Assembly (NCBI GenBank): GCA_038317055.1
Contig: JBBQBA010000001.1
Span: 344,153 to 408,152 of the forward strand
Length of the DNA stretch: 64,000 nucleotides
Source: Candidatus Saccharimonadales bacterium
GTDB lineage: Bacteria; Patescibacteriota; Saccharimonadia; Saccharimonadales; DATKHC01
Direction of reading: 5' to 3'
The translations under genes were made by a program, and so were the position numbers. The notes beneath the pieces are model-generated. The model was not told where the DNA came from. It saw nothing but the letters and a program-made list of their open reading frames with translations, and searched no databases. Positions within the stretch are counted from its first letter, which is position 1. Each line of letters begins with the position of its first letter. This document shows positions 24,403 through 34,432 of this stretch, piece after piece.

Positions 24403-25854
24403 ATGAAAGAGAAATTAAAAAGCCATTGGTTTATATTAGTGGTCTTAGCGCTTGCCCAGTTTATGGTGGTGCTCGATATATCAATTGTTAACGTAATGTT
24501 ACCTACTGTCGAGAAAGCGTTTCATTTAACTCCACAATCCCTTCAGTGGATTATTACCGCATATACTCTAACATTTGGAGGTTTCTTACTCTTGGGCGGA
24601 CGAGCTGCCGATTTATATGGCAGACGAAAAGTATTCTTGATAGGAGTGACAGTATTCACTCTTGCATCTCTAGCTGACGGTCTTTCTACTTCTGGTGGGA
24701 TGCTTATCAGTCTTCGAGCGCTTCAAGGATTAGCCGGTGCATTTATGTCCCCTGCAGCACTATCCATTGTACTTGTTACCTATAAACAAGGACACGAACG
24801 TAACTTAGCCCTATCTGTATGGGGTGCAGTTGGAGCTGGCGGAGCTGCGGTTGGAGTTCTACTTGGTGGAATAATAACTCAATATCTTGGTTGGCGATGG
24901 AACTTCTTTATAAATGTACCGATCGGGATATTTGTTCTTATAGCTGCAGTTAGCGTAGTTAAAAAACATGAAAATGAAGAAAAAAATACAAGCCTTGATC
25001 TACCAGGTGCAATTTCTATAACTGGTGCTTTAATATCTCTTGTATATGGTCTTGTCAAAGCCCCTACAAATGGATGGACCTCACATTCGTCTCTCATATA
25101 TTTCGGTATAAGTGCTATCTTAATCGCATTCTTTATCTGGAATGAAAATCATGTAAAACATCCGTTGGTCCCACTTTCTATTTTTAAGATTAGAAACCTA
25201 AGTGCTGCAAATACAATGCAATTATTTACTGCAGCAGGGCTTTTCTCGGTATTCTTTTTCACAACTTTATACATTCAACAAATATTAGGTTATTCACCAG
25301 TAAAAACTGGTGTTAGCTTTTTAATTATTCCTTTTGTAATAGGAATATCAGCTACTAACGCTCCAAAGTTAATTCAAAAAGTTGGCTATAAACCAATACT
25401 CGTAGTTGCCCCACTAATCACTGGTCTTGGGTTATTTATGCTTGGTCATTTGCCTGTTCACGGAGACTACTTTAAAAATCTAATGCCCGGATTAATAGTG
25501 ATGGGTTTTGGGCTAGGATTTACATTTGTAACTATACTTGTAGCTGCAACCGATGGAGTTCCTGGACATCTATCTGGACTTGCCTCAGGTCTTGTAAACA
25601 CTGCTCAGCAAATAGGTGGTGCATTAGGACTAGCGGTGTTATCAGGCATAGCCGCATCAGCTACCGTTAAATACATATCAAGTGCACATTCTCTAAGTCA
25701 ATCTACCATCATCGCCGGAACAGTACATGGTTATCGACAAGGCTTCTATATCTCAGTTATCTTCAGTGTAACCGCGTCTCTTGTTGCATTAGTAGTTATT
25801 AAACAAAAGAATCCTAAAGCTAAACTAGATCCACTAGCCGCCGCCGGCGCTTAA
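24403..25854 (+). CDS. MFS transporter, DHA2 (EmrB/QacA-like, 14-TM) drug:H+ antiporter family
   Basis: About 483 aa counted from the ATG at 24403 (the track ORF starts at TTG 24394). Contains LGGRAADLYGRRKVFLIG (MFS motif A-like) and about 14 TM helices. Confidence 0.8.
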   Translation: MKEKLKSHWFILVVLALAQFMVVLDISIVNVMLPTVEKAFHLTPQSLQWIITAYTLTFGGFLLLGGRAADLYGRRKVFLIGVTVFTLASLADGLSTSGGMLISLRALQGLAGAFMSPAALSIVLVTYKQGHERNLALSVWGAVGAGGAAVGVLLGGIITQYLGWRWNFFINVPIGIFVLIAAVSVVKKHENEEKNTSLDLPGAISITGALISLVYGLVKAPTNGWTSHSSLIYFGISAILIAFFIWNENHVKHPLVPLSIFKIRNLSAANTMQLFTAAGLFSVFFFTTLYIQQILGYSPVKTGVSFLIIPFVIGISATNAPKLIQKVGYKPILVVAPLITGLGLFMLGHLPVHGDYFKNLMPGLIVMGFGLGFTFVTILVAATDGVPGHLSGLASGLVNTAQQIGGALGLAVLSGIAASATVKYISSAHSLSQSTIIAGTVHGYRQGFYISVIFSVTASLVALVVIKQKNPKAKLDPLAAAGA

Positions 25855-25894
25855 AATTCTAAGCATAAACGGCTTAGGAACTTGATCAGTATTT

Positions 25895-26668
25895 TTGTAT
25901 CATGAGTTAATGTACGATTTAGTTTTGCTCTTTGGTGCCGGTATTGTCGCTGGTCTGATCAATTCTGTAGCTGGTGGTGGAGCGATTATTTTATATCCTC
26001 TACTATATGGACTAGGTATACCACCGGTTGTTACTAATGCAACAATCGCAGCATCAATTTGGCCAGGATCCTTAAGTTCAGCATATGGCTACAGAAAACA
26101 TATTAAGAAACTACCTGGCTACTACTTTCTATTACTTATACCGTGTATTATTGGCTCAATAATTGGTGCGTTTCTTCTTCGAAAGACGCCAGATAAAAAC
26201 TTCAAAGAGATAATTCCCTGGCTAGTATTAATTGCTGTAATACTGTTGAGTTTGCAACCCAAGATTCACGAATTGTTAAAAAATAAACGCAAGAAATCGA
26301 ATAAGCTAAGTCTGTTCTCGCTTATTATTATTTCAATTGCTATATTTGGAACTGCTATTTATGGGGGTTATTTTGGCGCTGGCTTTGGCATTATTATGCT
26401 AGCTATATTGGGCTTTACAAAGATAACTGACATTCATCAAATGAATGGTCTAAAAAACCTATCCGCTGCCTGTATTAGCATAGTTGCCAGCATATATTTC
26501 ATACATTACCATCTTGTCGATTGGCATTATTTACCACCTCTATTACTTGGAACAGTTGCTGGAGGTTATATTGGTGCAACCTATGGAAGTAAGTTGCCGG
26601 CCTACATTATCAGAACAATCATTGTTGTAGTAGGTGTTGGAGTGGTAATTTATCTCTTCTTAAAGTAG
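25895..26668 (+). CDS. TauE/SafE-family (DUF81) anion exporter membrane protein
   Basis: 257 aa. Has two halves, each with a G-x-x-G-G-G-type helix (LINSVAGGGAIILYPLL and GGYFGAGFGIIMLAIL). The start codon is uncertain. Confidence 0.65.
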   Translation: MYHELMYDLVLLFGAGIVAGLINSVAGGGAIILYPLLYGLGIPPVVTNATIAASIWPGSLSSAYGYRKHIKKLPGYYFLLLIPCIIGSIIGAFLLRKTPDKNFKEIIPWLVLIAVILLSLQPKIHELLKNKRKKSNKLSLFSLIIISIAIFGTAIYGGYFGAGFGIIMLAILGFTKITDIHQMNGLKNLSAACISIVASIYFIHYHLVDWHYLPPLLLGTVAGGYIGATYGSKLPAYIIRTIIVVVGVGVVIYLFLK

Positions 26669-26837
26669 CTTGGTCACAATAGATATTAAATAAACATGTT
26701 GTGGTATAGTAAATAGGCTAGAAATAAGCTGCTAAAGTGTTCGTTAATTAGAATCGTTCTAGAATTAATATTTAAGGTGTTTCAATGAGGAGCAGCTAAC
26801 TGTTTGCCAGTTAACCTCAGAAACTATGAGGAAAAAA

Positions 26838-27221
26838 ATGGCAACTAATTTATTCGTAGGTGGACTAGCCTATAAAGTAACAGACGACGAGTTAAACGAC
26901 TTTTTCGCAACTGTTGGTACTGTTACATCTGCAAAAGTAATTGTAGACAAATATTCAAACCAATCTAAGGGATTTGGTTTCGTTGAAATGAGTACAGACG
27001 AAGAAGCTAAAAAAGCAATTGATGAGCTCAATGGAAAAGAACTTGAAGGACGACCAATCGCTATAAGCGAAGCTCGACCAAGAGAAGATCGAAAACCAAC
27101 TTACAACAACAATCGTGGCGGTGGCGGCGGTGGCGGTTTTGGAAGTGGTGGATTCGGCGGTGGCGGCGGTGGCGGCCGTGACAATAACCGTAATGGCGGC
27201 GGTGGCGGACGAAAGTACTAA
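26838..27221 (+). CDS. RRM-type RNA-binding protein with a Gly/Arg-rich tail
   Basis: RNP-2 LFVGGL and RNP-1 KGFGFVEM are present, and the C-terminus is GGGGGGFGSGGFGGGGGGGRDNNRNGGGGGRKY. GAGGA lies 7 nt upstream of the ATG at 26838 (track start 26826). Confidence 0.85.
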   Translation: MATNLFVGGLAYKVTDDELNDFFATVGTVTSAKVIVDKYSNQSKGFGFVEMSTDEEAKKAIDELNGKELEGRPIAISEARPREDRKPTYNNNRGGGGGGGFGSGGFGGGGGGGRDNNRNGGGGGRKY

Positions 27222-27347
27222 GCCTATTAACACCTAATTTCATTACGAAATTTAATTATTGACCCCTAGGTAAAAACCGGGGGTTTTTAATTTAACATTA
27301 TTTAAAAGTATTCGATGTATAGTTAAAGTATAACTATGGAGGATATA

Positions 27348-28058
27348 ATGGCAGATTGGGATTTTAGTGATTTAAATGTGGTTATATTTAATTGTACCCT
27401 AAAGAAATCGCCTGAAGTAAGTAATACAGAAGGCCTTATTAAAATTAGCCAAAAAATATTCGAGAAGCACGGCGCTAAAACAGAAATTATTAGGTCGCTT
27501 GACCACGATATTGCAACTGGAGTATGGCGAGACATGACTGAACATGGTTGGAAAACTGATGAATGGCCAACTATATATAAAAAAGTAATGGCTGCAGATA
27601 TTCTAATTATCGCTGGACCTATCTGGCTTGGTGATAACTCCTCAGAAACCAAAAAGATAATTGAGAGACTTTATGCATGCTCTAGTGAACTTAATAAAGA
27701 TGGCCAGTATGCTTTTTATGGAAAAGTTGGAGGTTGTTTAATTACTGGAAACGAAGATGGTATAAAACATTGTGCAATGAATGTATTATATAGCCTGCAA
27801 CATTTAGGCTACAGCATTCCACCTCAAGCAGATGCTGGCTGGATCGGCGAAGCTGGACCTGGACCTAGTTATCTTGATAAGGGTTCTGGTGGACCTGAAA
27901 ATGATTTCACAAATCGAAACACTACTTTCATGACCTGGAATTTAATGCACTTAGCTCAAATGATTAAGAAAGCTGGAGGAATTCCTGCTTATGGCAATCA
28001 ACGTAGTAAATGGGATGCTGGTGCAAGATTTGATTTCGAAAATCCTGAATACAGATAG
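27348..28058 (+). CDS. flavodoxin-like fold NAD(P)H-dependent FMN reductase family protein
   Basis: VVIFNCTLKKSPEVSNT...ADILIIAGPIWLGDNSSETKKIIERL matches the layout of multimeric flavodoxin/FMN reductases. A GGAGG RBS favours the ATG at 27348. Confidence 0.65.
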   Translation: MADWDFSDLNVVIFNCTLKKSPEVSNTEGLIKISQKIFEKHGAKTEIIRSLDHDIATGVWRDMTEHGWKTDEWPTIYKKVMAADILIIAGPIWLGDNSSETKKIIERLYACSSELNKDGQYAFYGKVGGCLITGNEDGIKHCAMNVLYSLQHLGYSIPPQADAGWIGEAGPGPSYLDKGSGGPENDFTNRNTTFMTWNLMHLAQMIKKAGGIPAYGNQRSKWDAGARFDFENPEYR

Positions 28059-28069
28059 GAAATAAAGAA

Positions 28070-28618
28070 ATGAAAACGGTTAAGTTGCCGAAAATATTTT
28101 TCTACACGACCGGTCTTCCCGGAGCAGGAAAAACTACCTTTGCAATTAATCTTGTTGAGTCAACTAACGTTAAACATATCTCGGTCGATAGAATTGCTTT
28201 TGAACTATTCCAAATACCAACATTTAAAACTGAAACTGAGCGAAACCTTGTACTTAAAGAAGCCGATTATAAAGTAGAAGAATTCATGTGGGATGACACC
28301 CCAGTTATATATGACGGAAATGTAAATAATATTGAATGGCGAAAGTGCATGAATATATTAGCTAAAAAATTTGATGTTCAATGTATAAGTATTTATATAA
28401 ACACACCAGTCAAAGTAAGCCGAGAGCGGGCATTAACCCCTAGATATGGCAAAATATCTAGAATGTGGCGCGTTCTTACTCCTAAACAATTCGAAGATAA
28501 ACTTGAAGAATTTGTATTGCCAGATCTTAGTGACAATCTGATTGAAATCTCTGGTACTGAGGAATTTGATAGCCAATTTAAAAAAGTTCTAAAACGAATA
28601 GCCAAAGCAAAAGTTTAG
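28070..28618 (+). CDS. P-loop ATP-binding protein (AAA_33/zeta-like kinase fold)
   Basis: 182 aa with Walker A TTGLPGAGKTTFA. It overlaps the convergent tsaC by 4 nt. Confidence 0.55.
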   Translation: MKTVKLPKIFFYTTGLPGAGKTTFAINLVESTNVKHISVDRIAFELFQIPTFKTETERNLVLKEADYKVEEFMWDDTPVIYDGNVNNIEWRKCMNILAKKFDVQCISIYINTPVKVSRERALTPRYGKISRMWRVLTPKQFEDKLEEFVLPDLSDNLIEISGTEEFDSQFKKVLKRIAKAKV

Positions 28619-29190
28619 CTGCGCTTAAATCTATATCCGGGTCTGATAACCTCTACAGCGTCGTCAATAATTTGTATTAGTGCCGATGCTTGTTTATTAG
28701 AGTAATCACCACCGTCAACATAAAAATCTAAGTCGTCTTTAAATATTTTTTTTGCTTGGGCCATATTAGTAACTGGAATATGACCAGTTTTGTTAGCGCT
28801 CGAAGTTAATAATGGGCCAACTTTTTCAAGTAGCTGCGTTAATTCGTAGGTATCAGGAATACGAACTGCTAAATAATTAGTATTTTCATCTAAATTATTT
28901 ACTAAATTAAAACACGGAATTAATATACTTACTGGGCCTGGCCAATACTCTGCTACCGCTTTCAGATAACGCCTTTTTAAACCTAAACTTTCAAGTTGTT
29001 CAATGTTTGAAGCTATAAAAGTTCCAGGTTTTTTCTCTCGTCCCTTAGCCTTATATATACGATCTATGGATTGTCTATTCTTTGCGCTGCAGACTAGACC
29101 GTAAACAGTATCTGTTGGTAAAAGCCCGATGGAACCTTGGTTAATGAGTTCTATAAGTTTTTTATCATTTAAGTTATTGAATATATTCAT
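28615..29190 (-). CDS. tsaC: L-threonylcarbamoyladenylate synthase (YrdC/TsaC family)
   Basis: 191 aa. GLLPTDTVYGLVCSA...KAKGREKKPGTFIA...PGPVSILIP is typical of the YrdC domain. Confidence 0.8.
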   Translation of the reverse strand: MNIFNNLNDKKLIELINQGSIGLLPTDTVYGLVCSAKNRQSIDRIYKAKGREKKPGTFIASNIEQLESLGLKRRYLKAVAEYWPGPVSILIPCFNLVNNLDENTNYLAVRIPDTYELTQLLEKVGPLLTSSANKTGHIPVTNMAQAKKIFKDDLDFYVDGGDYSNKQASALIQIIDDAVEVIRPGYRFKRS

Positions 29191-29293
29191 TAGACTTCAG
29201 TAAACCTTAATGAAAATCATTAGTGTTTCTTGTGATTTATGATTTTCCACAGAGGTATTATACCTCAGTTGTCCAGATGGCTATTTATGAACA

Positions 29294-30670
29294 TCAACTA
29301 ATAAATAGAGTGTAAATTGCCGCAACACCAGAAACTACCATCAGAGCAGTTAGTAACCAACCCAAAGTTCCGGAAATTTTACCGTTCTTCCACTGCCCCA
29401 TTATTTTTTCTTTTCGGGCAATGAGTAGTATTAATACTAGAATAATTGGAGCAACAACTCCGTTTGCTACTGCTGAATAAATCAGGGCTTTTATGGGATC
29501 TATGCCAATAAAGTTAATTGCAAGTCCTATTACCATTGAGATAATAATAATTCCGTAAAACGCCGAAGCTTGTTTAAGTTTAGAATTTAAACCCTGCTTT
29601 TTACCAATACTCTCACTAATTGCATAGGCACTAGCTCCCGCCATCACAGGAATTGCCAGCAAACCAGTTCCGATAATTCCAACTGCGAACAGCAAATATG
29701 TTGCGTTACCGGCGAATGGCCTTAAAGCATCAGCTGCTTGAGCTGCTGAAGTAATATTTGTAATTCCATGCGCGAATAAAATACTGCCACAAGCTGCAAT
29801 TATAAAGAACATCACCAGATTAGACAGAAACATTCCTGACCAAACATCCGCACGCATTTTTTTCATCTCACTTTTATCCGAACCCATTCTAGACTTTAGG
29901 GTGGTTTGTCCTACTGCTACTTCTTCTTCAATTTCCTGAGAGGTTTGCCAGAAAAATAGATAAGGTGTGATTGTTGTACCAAGGATGGCACATACTAAAA
30001 TGATCTGATCTTTAGTAAAAGCAATGTGCGGAATGAAGGCATGGTCGAGAATAGTATGCCAATTTGGGTGAGCAAGAAGTGCTGACAAAATATATGCAAA
30101 AAGTATCAAAGCTAACCACTTTAAATATTTTGCGTATCGAACATAAGGAGTAAAAACTTGAAGCGCTAATATCAATATGCTAAAACCTATAACTAAAAAC
30201 GTAAAGTCTATTCGGGGTGCAAGAAGTTGTACGCTTTTAGCCATTGCGCCAATGTCTGCTCCAATATTAAAAGTATTAGCTGCAAAAAGAAAAACCGTAC
30301 TTACATACAATACTTTTTTTCCAAAATGAGCTTTAATATTTCCGGCTAAACCACGACCCGTAACAAGTCCAATTCGAGCACACATTTCTTGAATAACTGA
30401 CATTAATGGGAAAGTAAATGCTGCTAACCAGATTAAGCCTAGACCGAACTGAGCGCCTGCCTGAGAGTAAGTCGCGATACCTGACGGGTCGTCATCTGAA
30501 GCTCCAGTGGTAAGTCCTGGCCCAAGCAAATACCAATAATTCTTAGCCTTTTTTAATGGTTGATGCCCAGTCATGGGTATATTTTTTGCTAATTTTTGAC
30601 CACCCTCAACTCCGAGTTGAAGAGCTTCGGCAGGTGCTTCAATAGCTTTTTCTAATATGTTTTTAGGCAT
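29294..30670 (-). CDS. mntH: NRAMP-family divalent metal cation transporter
   Basis: 458 aa. LGPGLTTGASDDDPSGIATYSQAGAQFG is the Nramp signature region, with about 11 TM helices. Confidence 0.8.
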   Translation of the reverse strand: MPKNILEKAIEAPAEALQLGVEGGQKLAKNIPMTGHQPLKKAKNYWYLLGPGLTTGASDDDPSGIATYSQAGAQFGLGLIWLAAFTFPLMSVIQEMCARIGLVTGRGLAGNIKAHFGKKVLYVSTVFLFAANTFNIGADIGAMAKSVQLLAPRIDFTFLVIGFSILILALQVFTPYVRYAKYLKWLALILFAYILSALLAHPNWHTILDHAFIPHIAFTKDQIILVCAILGTTITPYLFFWQTSQEIEEEVAVGQTTLKSRMGSDKSEMKKMRADVWSGMFLSNLVMFFIIAACGSILFAHGITNITSAAQAADALRPFAGNATYLLFAVGIIGTGLLAIPVMAGASAYAISESIGKKQGLNSKLKQASAFYGIIIISMVIGLAINFIGIDPIKALIYSAVANGVVAPIILVLILLIARKEKIMGQWKNGKISGTLGWLLTALMVVSGVAAIYTLFIS

Positions 30671-30787
30671 CGCTAATGTTTAGATAATATCATTATTGGT
30701 CATGTTTATTATATAACTTCGACACTTTAGAAAACGTTTTAATTAATAGATAGGTCTAAGTGATGCATTAGTTGTTACAATATATCT

Positions 30788-32095
30788 GTGAAAATTGCCA
30801 TTTTAGGATTCGGTGTCGAAGGACACTCAGCATACGAATATTGGAGTTTAACCGATAATCAAATTACAATATGTGATTTCAATGAAAAAACTGTTGTGCC
30901 ACAGCTTGCTATTCCAAAACTTGGACCAACTTATTTGTCGGGTCTGGATATATTTGATGTTATTGTACGTTCTCCTGGACTTCAGCCGGACGAAATAGTT
31001 GCAGCTAATAACCCAGAAATTTTGGATAAAGTAACGTCCTCAACTAATGAATTCTTTAAAGTTTGTCCAACTAGAAATATTATTGGAATTACAGGCACAA
31101 AGGGTAAAGGAACGACTGCTACCCTAATTACAAAGTTACTAGAAGCATCAGGTCACACAGTTCATTTAGGTGGAAATATCGGTAAATCATGTCTTGATTT
31201 ACTAAAGAATAAAATCCAACCAGAAGATTGGGTTGTACTGGAATTATCTAGCTTTCAGTTAGTAGATCTTAAAACTTCACCACATATAGCAGTCTGTTTA
31301 TTGATTGTTGCCGAACATCTTAATTGGCACAACGACATAGAGGACTATATATCGGCTAAAGCAAATATTTTCGCTCATCAAACTACCTCAGATATTGCCA
31401 TTTACTATGCAGATAATTCAACATCTACCGATATGGCAAACGTTAGTTCGGGAAAGAAAATACCATATTATGCAGTACCAGGTGCAATAGTAGTTAATGA
31501 TCATTTTGAGATTGATGGTCAGATTATATGTCATATATCTGACGTAAAATTAATCGGAAAACATAATTGGCAGAATATTTGCGCAGCAGTAACTGCATGT
31601 TGGCAAATCGATCAAAATATAAAGACAATTCAAGAAACTGTTATTAACTTTAAAGGTCTAGAGCACAGACTAGAGCTTGTTCGTGATCAAGATGGAATTA
31701 AGTACTATAATGACTCTTTTGCATCTGTTCCTGATGCCACTATAGCTGCGATTGACGCACTACCTGGACCCAAAGTTTTGATTATTGGAGGTTTTGACAG
31801 AAAACTTGATCTAACAAATCTTAGTAATTCAATTAAAGAGCATCAATCCGAAATCGAAAAAGTAATTTTAATTGGCGTAAGTGCTCAAAGAGTATCCGAA
31901 GAGTTTCAAAAAGTTGGATTCAGTAATTATCAAGTAAGTCTCGCAGGATCTATGTCGGAAATAGTTGGACTAGCTAAGGCGATCGCTAAACCAAGTGAGA
32001 CTATTATTCTCTCACCTGGTTTCCCTAGTTTCGATATGTTTACCAATTTTGAAGATCGCGGTAACCAATTCAAAGAAGCAGTTAACGCACTATGA
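30788..32095 (+). CDS. murD: UDP-N-acetylmuramoyl-L-alanine--glutamate ligase (MurD; the D-Glu versus L-Glu MurD2 type cannot be decided from sequence)
   Basis: 435 aa with a GTG start. Mur ligase P-loop GITGTKGKGTTATLITKLL, plus NWHNDIEDYISAK and GLEHRLELV. Confidence 0.85.
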   Translation: MKIAILGFGVEGHSAYEYWSLTDNQITICDFNEKTVVPQLAIPKLGPTYLSGLDIFDVIVRSPGLQPDEIVAANNPEILDKVTSSTNEFFKVCPTRNIIGITGTKGKGTTATLITKLLEASGHTVHLGGNIGKSCLDLLKNKIQPEDWVVLELSSFQLVDLKTSPHIAVCLLIVAEHLNWHNDIEDYISAKANIFAHQTTSDIAIYYADNSTSTDMANVSSGKKIPYYAVPGAIVVNDHFEIDGQIICHISDVKLIGKHNWQNICAAVTACWQIDQNIKTIQETVINFKGLEHRLELVRDQDGIKYYNDSFASVPDATIAAIDALPGPKVLIIGGFDRKLDLTNLSNSIKEHQSEIEKVILIGVSAQRVSEEFQKVGFSNYQVSLAGSMSEIVGLAKAIAKPSETIILSPGFPSFDMFTNFEDRGNQFKEAVNAL

Positions 32096-33381
32096 GTTCT
32101 TACAATAACTTTATATTTAAAGACTACGATTTCAACCCAAAGTCCAAAAACTTAAGACTTTACTATAGTTATGACGGTATTTTAGAGTTCTCTGAATCAT
32201 ATAAATTTGATTTCGATTATATTGATTACAATCCTTTAGTATTAGATAAAGCTATTCAGTCCTTGTATTTTATGGCTGGAATCTCCTATTTTAAGGCTTA
32301 TCTTGCTCCTAATATTCTTATTGACAGAGGTGAGTTGAATGTAGGAATGAGTGAATTTTATTCAAAAACCTATCAAAAGGGTCTTGCTGAGTTTTTTTAT
32401 GTAAATAAATTAGATCCAAATACTGAAATTAACTTCCCTGTTAACGATGACAATTCATCCAAACTAGAACACAACGAGGGAAAAGGCTTACTAATCGGAA
32501 TAGGTGGTGGTAAAGATTCCCTTGTATCTGTAGAATTACTTCGCGACAGTGGATTGGATATAACAACTTGGAGCTTAAGTCATAGACAACAGCTCGAACC
32601 TCTTATAAATGTTATCGACTTACCACATTTATGGGTTGATAGGACATGGGATAGATCAATGCTTGATCATAACGCAAGAGATGCGTATAACGGCCATATA
32701 CCAATTTCAGCTATATTTGCTTGTGTTGGCACAATTGTGGCTATTTTAAGCGGTAAACAGGACGTAATAGTCTCAAACGAGAGCTCTGCAAACGAACCAG
32801 ATCTGATGTATGAGGGTGTAGAAATAAACCATCAGTATTCTAAATCACTAGAATTTGAGAAAGAATACCAAAAATATCTAAGTGAAAATATTAATAACAC
32901 CAGTTACTTCTCTTTTCTTAGACCATTAAGTGAAGTACATATCGCTAAATTATTTGCTAAAGTTGGTTTTGAAAAATACAAAGACGTTTTTAGCTCATGT
33001 AACCGTGCATTTACTCATGATAGTACTCATACTTTTTGGTGTGGTAAATGTCCAAAATGTGCATTTACTTTCCTCGCCCTAACCCCTTTTATTGGTCGTA
33101 CCGAGCTTGAATCTATCTGGGGAAAGAATCTTTTACTGGATCCAACGCTAGATATAACCTACAAGAAACTATTAGGTATTGAAGCAGAGAAACCTCTTGA
33201 TTGCGTTGGTGATATAAAAGAATCTAGAGCAGCGATGCGATTAGCTCAAAAGAAATATTCAGTGCTAAATAAATACAAATTTGATATTCCAGCTGATTAT
33301 AATTATCTAGAGTTAAGTTCTCATTCTATGCCCGAGGAAATACTTGAGTTTTTATATAATAAGCTCAAGTCATTTAATTAG
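32092..33381 (+). CDS. PP-loop ATPase-superfamily protein with a QueC-like 4-Cys site; candidate MurL-type glycopeptidyl-glutamate epimerase (hypothesis)
   Basis: 429 aa; ATGA overlap with murD. Contains IGIGGGKDSLVSVELL (an SGGxDS-like PP-loop) and C-x13-CGKCPKC. Confidence 0.4.
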   Translation: MSSYNNFIFKDYDFNPKSKNLRLYYSYDGILEFSESYKFDFDYIDYNPLVLDKAIQSLYFMAGISYFKAYLAPNILIDRGELNVGMSEFYSKTYQKGLAEFFYVNKLDPNTEINFPVNDDNSSKLEHNEGKGLLIGIGGGKDSLVSVELLRDSGLDITTWSLSHRQQLEPLINVIDLPHLWVDRTWDRSMLDHNARDAYNGHIPISAIFACVGTIVAILSGKQDVIVSNESSANEPDLMYEGVEINHQYSKSLEFEKEYQKYLSENINNTSYFSFLRPLSEVHIAKLFAKVGFEKYKDVFSSCNRAFTHDSTHTFWCGKCPKCAFTFLALTPFIGRTELESIWGKNLLLDPTLDITYKKLLGIEAEKPLDCVGDIKESRAAMRLAQKKYSVLNKYKFDIPADYNYLELSSHSMPEEILEFLYNKLKSFN

Positions 33382-33454
33382 ACATCGGCATAACAGTTGT
33401 GCTTAAGTGTTTTCGTGATAACATAAAAACATTAAATAAAACTGGAAATAAAAA

Positions 33455-33922
33455 ATGGCTCTAACCTTATTTCTCATAGCATTCATAATTGTACTTTTAG
33501 CTCTTCTATTATTATTCATTGTTTCAGCCAGGAAAGTTTTAAAGAAAGCCGGTAAACCAGGTTGGGCTGCGCTTATCCCTTTCTATAATGGTTGGAGTTT
33601 TGCGGAAGTAGGTGGTAGACCGGGTTGGTGGGGGCTAATAGCTTTCCTGGGGTACTATCATAATTCAAACCTAAAATCAGGGATTGTTTTAGAAATCCTT
33701 GGTCTTATCTACTTGGTAGGCTTCGTTTTTTATATATTAATTTCGCTTGGTATTGCTAAAAATTTTGGAAAATCTAACTGGTTTGCAGTTGCACTAATGC
33801 TATTTCCATTTATCGCCTACCCAGTTCTTGCATATGGACCCGCTAAGTATAAACCAGTAGTATCTGTAAAAAAGAAAAATAAAGGAAAAAAGAATGGCGT
33901 CAAAAAAAGTAAAAAGAAATAA
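33455..33922 (+). CDS. DUF5684-like small membrane protein with a Lys-rich tail
   Basis: 155 aa. KAGKPGWAALIPFYN and RPGWWGL segments are followed by a KKKNKGKKNGVKKSKKK tail. Confidence 0.5.
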   Translation: MALTLFLIAFIIVLLALLLLFIVSARKVLKKAGKPGWAALIPFYNGWSFAEVGGRPGWWGLIAFLGYYHNSNLKSGIVLEILGLIYLVGFVFYILISLGIAKNFGKSNWFAVALMLFPFIAYPVLAYGPAKYKPVVSVKKKNKGKKNGVKKSKKK

Positions 33923-34127
33923 GTGGTTCATTAAAGTAAGAGGTAGCTATCTGCCAAGTACATCACAAGGTTGGTTATTATATATCCCATACCTTTCCTT
34001 CTTAGCGTTTTCTTTTATATTAGCTTATGAACTAGTAATTCCGGTTGTTGTAAGCATTTATCTTATCGTTGTACAGTGGGCGTTTGCATATTATTTTATG
34101 ACTTCCGTTGCACGAAAACATTCATAA
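33894..34127 (+). CDS. small hypothetical membrane protein
   Basis: 77 aa with two TM helices. AAAGGAAAAAAGA precedes the ATG, and the gene overlaps the previous one by 29 nt. Confidence 0.4.
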   Translation: MASKKVKRNKWFIKVRGSYLPSTSQGWLLYIPYLSFLAFSFILAYELVIPVVVSIYLIVVQWAFAYYFMTSVARKHS

Positions 34128-34213
34128 ATTAGTAAACTATTTATCTCAAAAAAATAGCGGAATAATATCCACTAAACTGCTATTATTATTCAAGTAAATA
34201 AATAGGGGGGAAC

Positions 34214-34432
34214 ATGAAAAAGCTTCTAATGATATTGTTTGTAGTCGCGGCTGTAATATTTTTAGGGGTAGCAATATACTACTTCATAACTCCTGCTGGC
34301 TCCCTTCCCCACATGGTTCCTGGATATATTGCTGGATCTAGTAAGGTTCATACTAAACATGGATTAGCTGCACTAATACTAGCAATAGGTTTCGCTATTC
34401 TAGCTTGGTTCTCAAGTAAGAAAACTACTTAA
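34214..34432 (+). CDS. small hypothetical membrane protein
   Basis: 72 aa with two TM helices; a GGGGGG RBS lies upstream. Confidence 0.5.
   Translation: MKKLLMILFVVAAVIFLGVAIYYFITPAGSLPHMVPGYIAGSSKVHTKHGLAALILAIGFAILAWFSSKKTT

Noticed and set aside
12146-25097. Miscellaneous nested ORFs: 12146-12358, 12733-12927, 14025-14264, 14168-14392, 15452-15667, 16130-16387, 19900-20100, 20252-20479, 21370-21564, 23340-23549, 23900-24175, 24879-25097
   Set aside because: All are contained within, or antisense to, longer ORFs with recognisable domains or coherent membrane/secreted architecture. None has independent support.
26955-27243. GGN tandem repeat tract and the antisense ORFs 26955-27233 and 27061-27243
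   Set aside because: The (GGC/GGT)n tract simply encodes the Gly-rich tail of the RRM protein. The antisense ORFs are by-products of that repeat, and the tract is not a satellite or a CRISPR repeat.
30671-30787. Mn-responsive riboswitch or MntR/DtxR operator upstream of the NRAMP gene
   Set aside because: The 117-nt region is too short and too AT-rich for a yybP-ykoY fold, and I saw no convincing palindromic operator.
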